Shown piece by piece: positions 55,865 through 62,140 of a DNA stretch of 62,140 nucleotides. The stretch spans positions 1-62,140 of the forward strand of contig JBGCDR010000028.1 in the NCBI GenBank assembly GCA_045105515.1. The letters run 5' to 3'. Positions within the stretch are counted from its first letter, which is position 1, and every line of letters begins with the position of its first letter. The translations under genes and the position numbers were made by a program. This stretch comes from Oligoflexales bacterium. Its GTDB lineage: Bacteria > Bdellovibrionota_B > Oligoflexia > Oligoflexales > Bog-1112. The notes beneath the pieces are model-generated. The model had not been told where the DNA came from. It saw only the letters and a list, made by a program, of their open reading frames with translations, and did not search any database.

Positions 55865-57787
55865 TTATATCCTGGCCCAGCCGCCTTCACCATTGCTTTC
55901 ATTTTGTGATGTGACTGATCTTATTTCATTTTTGATTTCTTGGTTCAATTTACGCTGAATTGAGTGAACATTATCATTATCATTATCATTATCATTACTG
56001 ATAACTTGATCTTTGTTTTTCGATCCGTAGAGAATGAGAGAAAGTCTTGAAACTATTTCCGTCAAACTGATTGCAATAAGATCTAATCGTTCAGCTTCGG
56101 ATGAGTTATTTTTAGCAGCACTTTCGTTTCTTTGTGTGCCTTCATCAAGCCTACTCATTGAATCAGCGATCTGAGAAACACCTAAAGATTGCTCTTTTGA
56201 TGCTGCAAGAATTTGTTCTCCATTAGACTTTAATAGGTCTGATGATTCTGATATTTTTTCAAAAAGTGCACTTGTTTTGTTGACTATATCAAGACATAAA
56301 GAAACTTTTTTATCATTATTGTTTGTGAGCACTTGAGCTTCTTTTATTGAGTTTTTTACAATTGATCCTATTTCAGAGGAAGCTTTTCCGCTTGACTTTG
56401 CTAAAGAGCTAACTTCTTGAGCAACTACTGAAAAACCTCTACCGTGCTCTCCTGCTCTTTCGGCTTCGACTGAAGCGTTAAATGACAAGAGTCTTGTTTG
56501 GAATACGATTTCGTCAATTATTTGGGTTTTTTCGCCTATTTTCCCAATAATATCAACTAGTTTTTTTATCTCTTGATTACTTTTTGAGAGTTGATCAACT
56601 GAATCGAGTAATTCACTATTAAGTTGACAACCTCCTTGAGTTGTTTCATATATTAGGTTAGATACCTCTTGTGATTTTTCTGATGTATTCAGATTGTTTT
56701 TGACCATTGCAGCGACTTGTTCTACTGAAGAAGCAACCAACGTTATGGAGTCAGACTGCTCGGAATTTAGATCTGCCAATGACTTGCTTGATTTAGAGAG
56801 TTCACGTGAAGATTTTCTGATACTTTCAGATGATTCTACTAGTTTTAGAGCTTCAATTTCAATAGATCTTGATATCTTCTTAACCATAAATACTACAACT
56901 AGTATCATTAATAACGCTAGCATTAAAAAAGTCAGACTTGAAACCAGAAGACCGTAGTTTACTTCCGCTATTAAAGCGGTTTCATCGGAAAAATAGATAA
57001 ACTTGTAGTCTTTTAGAAAAATATCATTTGTATCCAAATCAATTATTTTTTTTACCCAATCTTTTGTCAATATTGATTCACTATTGCTAGAATCTTCTTG
57101 ACCACTAATATTACTATTTTTAATAAACTTTTCGATTGCTCTTGAATCGTCCTCTGAAGTAAAAGTATTATCATCATTGGAGAAATATGAAGGGTTTCCT
57201 ATCTTTTTATAAAATAAATTTGTAACAGTTTCTATTGGAAAAATTAATATGTATACATATGAGATTTCTTCGTCTTCATTTTCACCAGGTAGGAGGGATG
57301 CAAAATACGATCCCTCATTTGTGCTCACTTGAATAACTGATTTCTGTTCGTTTTCTAGAGATTTTCTTAGTTGTTTCTTTATAGAATTAACGTCAACTAT
57401 TGCTTCCTCTTTTTTTAAACTGTAACTTGTTATTATCGAATTGGTTTGACCAGAAAAGACACTGATTTGCCTTAATCCGTATGAACTATTCAATAAATTT
57501 GCTACTCCAAAAACACCCATTCCAAATTCATTACTTCTTTCTTCTCTGTTATCATTTTCTAACGATAAAATGATTTTTTCTGACACAGCGTTGCTAAAGC
57601 TAATAGATATTTCGTTCGAAATAGAATCAATGACTTGACCAAGAGAAACTAGTTTCTCGTTTTTCAATTTTTCCTCAAAAATAACTTTAATTTTGTTATT
57701 TAAGGTATAAATCGTTGTCATCGACACTAAAATTAATGCCAATGCAGTTGCTACTATTAGGAACACTAATTTTTTACTCAACGACAT
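55865..57787 (-). CDS. Methyl-accepting chemotaxis protein
   Basis: Two TMs; IVFQTRLLSFNASVEAERAGEHGRGFSVVAQEV hairpin. Confidence 0.95.
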   Translation of the reverse strand: MSLSKKLVFLIVATALALILVSMTTIYTLNNKIKVIFEEKLKNEKLVSLGQVIDSISNEISISFSNAVSEKIILSLENDNREERSNEFGMGVFGVANLLNSSYGLRQISVFSGQTNSIITSYSLKKEEAIVDVNSIKKQLRKSLENEQKSVIQVSTNEGSYFASLLPGENEDEEISYVYILIFPIETVTNLFYKKIGNPSYFSNDDNTFTSEDDSRAIEKFIKNSNISGQEDSSNSESILTKDWVKKIIDLDTNDIFLKDYKFIYFSDETALIAEVNYGLLVSSLTFLMLALLMILVVVFMVKKISRSIEIEALKLVESSESIRKSSRELSKSSKSLADLNSEQSDSITLVASSVEQVAAMVKNNLNTSEKSQEVSNLIYETTQGGCQLNSELLDSVDQLSKSNQEIKKLVDIIGKIGEKTQIIDEIVFQTRLLSFNASVEAERAGEHGRGFSVVAQEVSSLAKSSGKASSEIGSIVKNSIKEAQVLTNNNDKKVSLCLDIVNKTSALFEKISESSDLLKSNGEQILAASKEQSLGVSQIADSMSRLDEGTQRNESAAKNNSSEAERLDLIAISLTEIVSRLSLILYGSKNKDQVISNDNDNDNDNVHSIQRKLNQEIKNEIRSVTSQNESNGEGGWARI

Positions 57788-57808
57788 AATTTTATTCTTT
57801 ATGTTAAA

Positions 57809-58348
57809 CTATTTGATACAGTTATTTTTGATTCCAGTGTAACCGTCTAAAACTACGAATATATTGTCTTTTTTAAAGCCAAGTTCCTTTAGCGAACATG
57901 CGGCCCAGGAGCTTCGAAAGCATTTGAGGCCGTTACAAAATAATATTAAATTTTTTCCTTTTATTTCATCTAAAGACATACTTGTATTGCCAAAATATTT
58001 TCCTAGCTTTTTCTTCAAATTTGCCTCATCAAATTTGTGATTGCTTGCATCATGGTGATCAGAGAGGATTTTAACGGTACCTTTGAAACTCCCTGTTGAT
58101 TTACGTGAAGCTTTGTCTCTGGAGTCAATTAAAGCCCAGTTAGTTTCTTCATATTTTTTTATAGTCGAACAATCTTTATCTGATAAAATAGGTTGTGCAA
58201 ACTTCTTTATATCATCTATATATTTTGTTGTTTCATCTTTATTTTTTGCGTACTTATTTATATTGCTGCAAAAATCCATGGCGCCTGAAATTGTACTATT
58301 GAGAAAGATTAAAAAAAACAATGTTGAATAAAAAATATTGGTTATCAT
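57809..58348 (-). CDS. Secreted rhodanese-like protein
   Basis: Signal peptide; LIDSR, LFCNGLKCFRS, DGY. Confidence 0.8.
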   Translation of the reverse strand: MITNIFYSTLFFLIFLNSTISGAMDFCSNINKYAKNKDETTKYIDDIKKFAQPILSDKDCSTIKKYEETNWALIDSRDKASRKSTGSFKGTVKILSDHHDASNHKFDEANLKKKLGKYFGNTSMSLDEIKGKNLILFCNGLKCFRSSWAACSLKELGFKKDNIFVVLDGYTGIKNNCIK

Positions 58349-58548
58349 CGTTATACCTTTACTTCCGGGATTAATGATTTGATATAGTGATTATAACATT
58401 AAAGAATAAATTTTGGCTTGGCATTAGCCATCATCTTCGTTTGGAATCAATGACTGCCATCCATTCAGAATACATAACTACTTTTATTGGGAAATGTATC
58501 CTATATAGAATTTAAGATAAATTCGAGATAGTTTTGTAAATACTGATC

Positions 58549-58604
58549 TTAAGCACCACAATTTTTGGTGAAAGTACCAAATAGAAATTCTCAACTTGCT
58601 TCCC
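58549..58604 (+). repeat. 56-bp recombination-site-like repeat, copy 3 (recombinase-proximal)
   Basis: TTTGGT-GAAAGT-ACCAAA core; about 200 bp upstream of the recombinase. Confidence 0.8.
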
Positions 58605-58643
58605 GACCTAGCTAGCACCAAATTTAGCGAGAATGCCTTTACC

Positions 58644-58675
58644 AAATCCCAACTTCTTAACAATAGTTGAGATTT
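58644..58675. promoter_or_regulatory. Palindrome AAATCCCAACT-N10-AGTTGAGATTT upstream of the recombinase
   Basis: 11-bp arms with one mismatch; the arm motif recurs in the 56-bp repeats, near 58737 and at 59941. Confidence 0.55.
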
Positions 58676-58811
58676 AAACGTAAGTGTCTAATATCACTAA
58701 TTTCACAATTTGCTGCTCGGCGTGCTTTAAAAAATAATCCCAACTAACTATAATAAAATGAATAAAAGATAGGATTAAGCTAAAACTTGTCAAAGACCAA
58801 AGTGAGCATTG

Positions 58812-59411
58812 ATGAAAAACCAAAACCACCCCCCGCCAGGTTCCAAGATCGCAGTCAGCCCCATTCGCTTCAAAAAAGACATCAAAGCAATCAAAAAAAT
58901 TCTCAAAGACGAACCACGCAATCTTGCAATGTTCACGCTGGGTATCAACACAGCTCTGAGAGCATCGGATTTACTTAAGCTCACCTATGGGCAACTTGCC
59001 TCTGTAAAGGAAGGGGAATTCTTCAACATCAATGAAAAGAAAACTGCGAAGAAAAGGTTTGTTACGATCAACCAAAGTTCCTGTGAAGTGATTAAAAAGT
59101 ATTTAAAATACAGGCCCAAGACATCTTTAGATTCCCCATTTTTTCTCTCGCAAAAGTGGGTTCATGGAAGGCAGATAACAACCTCAAGTCTGAATCAGCT
59201 TGTAAAGAAGTGGTGTCATGAGATCAATCTCGATGGGAACTATGGTTCGCATACGCTTAGGAAAACTTTCGGTTACCATCAGAGGGTTAATTTTAAGGTG
59301 GATATTCCTACTCTAATGGTGGCTTTTAACCACTCTACCCAGGCTCAGACCCTTGCTTATCTAGGGATTCAGGATGAGGATGTGTATAATGTTTTTATGA
59401 ATAATTTATAG
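58812..59411 (+). CDS. Small tyrosine recombinase (catalytic-domain-only type)
   Basis: GINTALRASDL (R), EKKT (K), HTLRKT (HxxR), NHS (H), TLAYLG (Y); N-terminal VSPIR. Confidence 0.92.
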   Translation: MKNQNHPPPGSKIAVSPIRFKKDIKAIKKILKDEPRNLAMFTLGINTALRASDLLKLTYGQLASVKEGEFFNINEKKTAKKRFVTINQSSCEVIKKYLKYRPKTSLDSPFFLSQKWVHGRQITTSSLNQLVKKWCHEINLDGNYGSHTLRKTFGYHQRVNFKVDIPTLMVAFNHSTQAQTLAYLGIQDEDVYNVFMNNL

Positions 59412-59444
59412 TATTTTAGACAAAAATATTCAACTAAAAGTCAT

Positions 59445-59852
59445 TTGGAGAGCCATTTTTTGTCAAAACATGAGACCCCTCTTACCAGGAGATACTGGCG
59501 AGAAGTTAAGGGCACATTAATAGAAGAATTTATAGCCGTAAAATCAAAGAAGCTCCATGGTAAGAGAATACATGGTAAGAGGTTAATTGATGGAATCATA
59601 ATTTGTGGCGGAAAACATAAAATTGCAACCAAAAGTGACGTTGAGCTTGAGAAAAATGACATAATTGTTGTCCAAACTAAAGCGAAGCCTCTTGGTATGA
59701 ACTTACTCGGTCAAGCCCTATTTTCAAAGCATCTTATGGAACGTTTTAAACCAAAATCAATACATTGCGTAGCTATATGCACTAAGGGTGACATTATATT
59801 GGAAGAACTAGCGAGTAGGTACGATATAGAAGTTGTTGTCTATGAGAATTAG
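59445..59852 (+). CDS. Hypothetical protein, possibly PD-(D/E)XK-like
   Basis: RLIDGII, VVQTK, LLGQAL; small internal duplication HGKRIHGKRL. Confidence 0.6.
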   Translation: MESHFLSKHETPLTRRYWREVKGTLIEEFIAVKSKKLHGKRIHGKRLIDGIIICGGKHKIATKSDVELEKNDIIVVQTKAKPLGMNLLGQALFSKHLMERFKPKSIHCVAICTKGDIILEELASRYDIEVVVYEN

Positions 59853-60413
59853 AATTAGACCATTAACTGCGATTCAAAGACCAAATCTATATATCAAAGA
59901 AAGAAGCGATGGAATCACTTAAGAACCTATGTGTTAATTAAAATCTCAACTTTCTTGCTAAAGATAGGATTCTCATCTGAATCTATCAATCTATATCTGG
60001 CTGGCTTAGTGAACTTAAAACTTTGTACAAAAAACACTTGTTTTATGAACACAAGACAATGAAATAACTAATTAATTTTGATTGAATGAAATGACTACAT
60101 TAACATTGCACTCAGTCCGAATGCCCTAGCCATTACAGTACTTTAACACCACCCCGCGGTCACATTTGGCAATTCACTGCTGTCACAGGATTTTTTACTT
60201 TCACTTGCCTATTATCATTGATTTTTTAAGGTTTTTATAGCCGGCCATACATTTACTGTTTTCTATTTTTTTATCGCCGGAAGGGGTGAGAAAGAATCCC
60301 AGCCAAAACTCAAAATCAAGCAAAAATCCTTAGCTCTTCACGTTTTGGAACGAATCTTTGCCATATACCACTGTGATAAAATTTATCAACTACTTAGTTT
60401 AAAGGGATCTAAT

Positions 60414-60824
60414 ATGTTTAATTTTTTCATTGTTACTAGTGCTTTTATTTTAACGTCATGCTCTACCATGTTTAATAGTGGAACCCAGTCAATGCAAATT
60501 GTTACATCCGATGGAGAAAAACATAAAGCAGATATTCGGACTCCTAGCGGATCTTATTCAACCGAAGTACCGACAACTGTGACAGCTTCCCCTTCCAGTT
60601 TTAATGATGTTGAAATCTCGATACAGTCATCAGATTGTTATAATCCTACAAGCATAAAAGTAGGTAAAACTATAGCAGCATCTTATTGGGCAAATATATT
60701 CAATGGATATGGCTTTTTAATAGATCCGCTAACCGGTGCAATGTGGAATTACGATAATATTTCAACTTTGACAGTTTCTAAAAAAGATGGGTGTAAAGAA
60801 AAAGATAAGAAGAAAAAAGAGTAA
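60414..60824 (+). CDS. Hypothetical lipoprotein
   Basis: Lipobox LTSC; YWANI...GFLIDPLTGAMW motif. Confidence 0.8.
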   Translation: MFNFFIVTSAFILTSCSTMFNSGTQSMQIVTSDGEKHKADIRTPSGSYSTEVPTTVTASPSSFNDVEISIQSSDCYNPTSIKVGKTIAASYWANIFNGYGFLIDPLTGAMWNYDNISTLTVSKKDGCKEKDKKKKE

Positions 60825-61367
60825 GTGAATATAGAAATTATTATTCTTTCAAAAAATAATAGTCAGTTTTTGTTTACTAATATGCAAATTATACGTTCAA
60901 ATAACATCTCTATTTTGAACTTAGTCTTGAACACCTTTTTTCAAAAAATGCCAAAATTAGGAATTCAGTCTATAGCAGTCTTAGTCCTGATTTCGTGTTC
61001 ACTAAATATCGTTAGTTGGTTTTAGGTATTTTGAACGTCATAGCAAGCCAAGAATGTATAGCAGCCAATTGAATATTTTTTGCTGAGTCGGAGACGATTT
61101 TGTAGGCCCTAGGGTTATGGACATTACCTGACTGAAAATACTCTTAACTGGTTTTAAGAAAAAAATTTAGGTCTCCATAAACCAAGATCAAAATGCATGT
61201 CATCAAATTCAAACATAACCTTGCCAATACTTTAATATAATTGACAAATAAATATCATGCTAAGAATTATATACGCAATATATAAGTGTTTACAATTTGG
61301 TCTGCCCACTACTAGAACAGTGCGTAATTTGGTTTCCGAGAATTTGAATTATTTTAAAGGCATTAGT

Positions 61368-61985
61368 ATGTTATTTCTACGATCCGTAAGCATTTTTTTG
61401 ATGATTTTCTTCATAAACAGCTGTTTGATTGCGGCTGCAACGACTCAAAATACAACAGCTTTGTTAAGGGGTATAAGTAATGAAAATAAAAGAATCGTGG
61501 AGACTTATGAGACCAATCAAGTCCCAATAAACTCGACTCATTTTTCTATCTTGCTTCGGAGTCTCCAAGGTTGTTTGGTAAATCAAAATAGACACCAAAA
61601 TCACGAAATTCATATTAATTCAGAGAATATTCTTATTCATCAACTAACAGAGACTGATGAAGTTGGAACACCATTTGTTTTAAACCACCTATTAACAATA
61701 GGAATCAGCGAAAATAATGATGGAAATGCTTATATAGGGGACTCTTCGTTGATGGCATCAATATTAATGTTCAATATAGCCACAATAGAGCATAGATCTA
61801 ACCCATATGATAGAGCGAAGTTGGAAAAGGTGCTGAGAATAAACCGTTTGAACAAGAATTTATTAGAACAACTGGCTTCTGAGACAGTAACAGATATAGA
61901 CTTAGTAAACTTGTTAATACAACTTGTTAATAATAATATAGCTCTTTTAGAGCTTAGTAGGGAGGGAAATGCTCCGCAAGCTTGA
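61368..61985 (+). CDS. Hypothetical secreted protein
   Basis: Signal-like N-terminus after an AAGG RBS. Confidence 0.6.
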   Translation: MLFLRSVSIFLMIFFINSCLIAAATTQNTTALLRGISNENKRIVETYETNQVPINSTHFSILLRSLQGCLVNQNRHQNHEIHINSENILIHQLTETDEVGTPFVLNHLLTIGISENNDGNAYIGDSSLMASILMFNIATIEHRSNPYDRAKLEKVLRINRLNKNLLEQLASETVTDIDLVNLLIQLVNNNIALLELSREGNAPQA

Positions 61986-61997
61986 CCTATTTGCTGA

Positions 61998-62140
61998 TCA
62001 GAGGATGCCAAATTTTTTCTTTATAAGGTCTTGGACGAGGGCGCAAGTCCAGCAAGCGGTGAGGTAACCTTGCTCTTCAGGAGAGTTTTCGAGGATATCG
62101 GCGAGCTGTCGCCGCATTGAATGGCTTAGCTTTCTAGGTC
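61998..62140 (-). mobile_element. IS630-family transposase N-terminal HTH fragment (truncated; runs off the window)
   Basis: Manual translation PRKLSHSMRRQLADILENSPEEQGYLTACWTCALVQDLIKKKFGIL*; abrupt GC rise. Confidence 0.75.

Noticed and set aside
55970..55997. (ATTATC)n microsatellite
   Set aside because: In-frame hexamer encoding an NDNDND linker in the MCP tail; not a phase-variation tract
58812..59411. Classical integron integrase or prophage integrase
   Set aside because: Only ~200 aa, with no IntI-specific insertion or arm-binding domain; the repeats lack attC RYYYAAC/GTTRRRY structure; no att/tRNA junction seen
62027..62140. Structured ncRNA in the GC-rich window end
   Set aside because: Better explained as minus-strand IS630 transposase coding sequence

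Overview
An AT-rich phage-plasmid-like replicon, read from sequence only. The host is probably a Bdellovibrionota/Oligoflexia-type bacterium; this is inferred from gene families, not proven. (1) 1-5.5 kb: partition/replication block with 35-bp parS-like tandem repeats, parB, parA and a divergent AEP/PriCT-type Rep whose C-terminus looks like an IS21 transposase remnant. (2) 5.5-11.5 kb: endonuclease I and a compact putative peptide-signalling locus (orphan family-5 peptide-binding protein, small secreted Cys-loop peptide, HTH regulator, hybrid sensor kinase, repressor-like gene) beside a divergent early promoter region. (3) 11.5-24 kb: early genes (TOPRIM primase-helicase, RecE/RecT-like pair, resolvase-like nuclease) and morons (outer-membrane barrel, diheme cytochrome c lipoprotein, secreted proteins, orphan receiver). 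(4) 24.3-44.2 kb: apparently complete virion operon with a lambda-like cos/terminase/head and a P2-like contractile tail, including a -1 frameshifted tail chaperone. (5) 44.3-46.7 kb: four-gene minus-strand cluster bracketed by 100-bp inverted repeats. (6) 46.9-52 kb: IHF, two Fis-like paralogs and a beta-CASP ribonuclease fused to three dsRNA-binding domains. (7) 52-62 kb: accessory/defence array (HEPN-like, SIR2-like, truncated antitoxin, two miniature elements, MCP plus rhodanese) punctuated by three 56-bp recombination-site-like repeats next to a divergent tyrosine recombinase, ending in an IS630 fragment. Top candidate novel systems are the peptide-signalling locus, the recombinase/repeat cassette array and the beta-CASP-3xdsRBD nuclease. 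All functional calls come from visible motifs and synteny; no searches were run.
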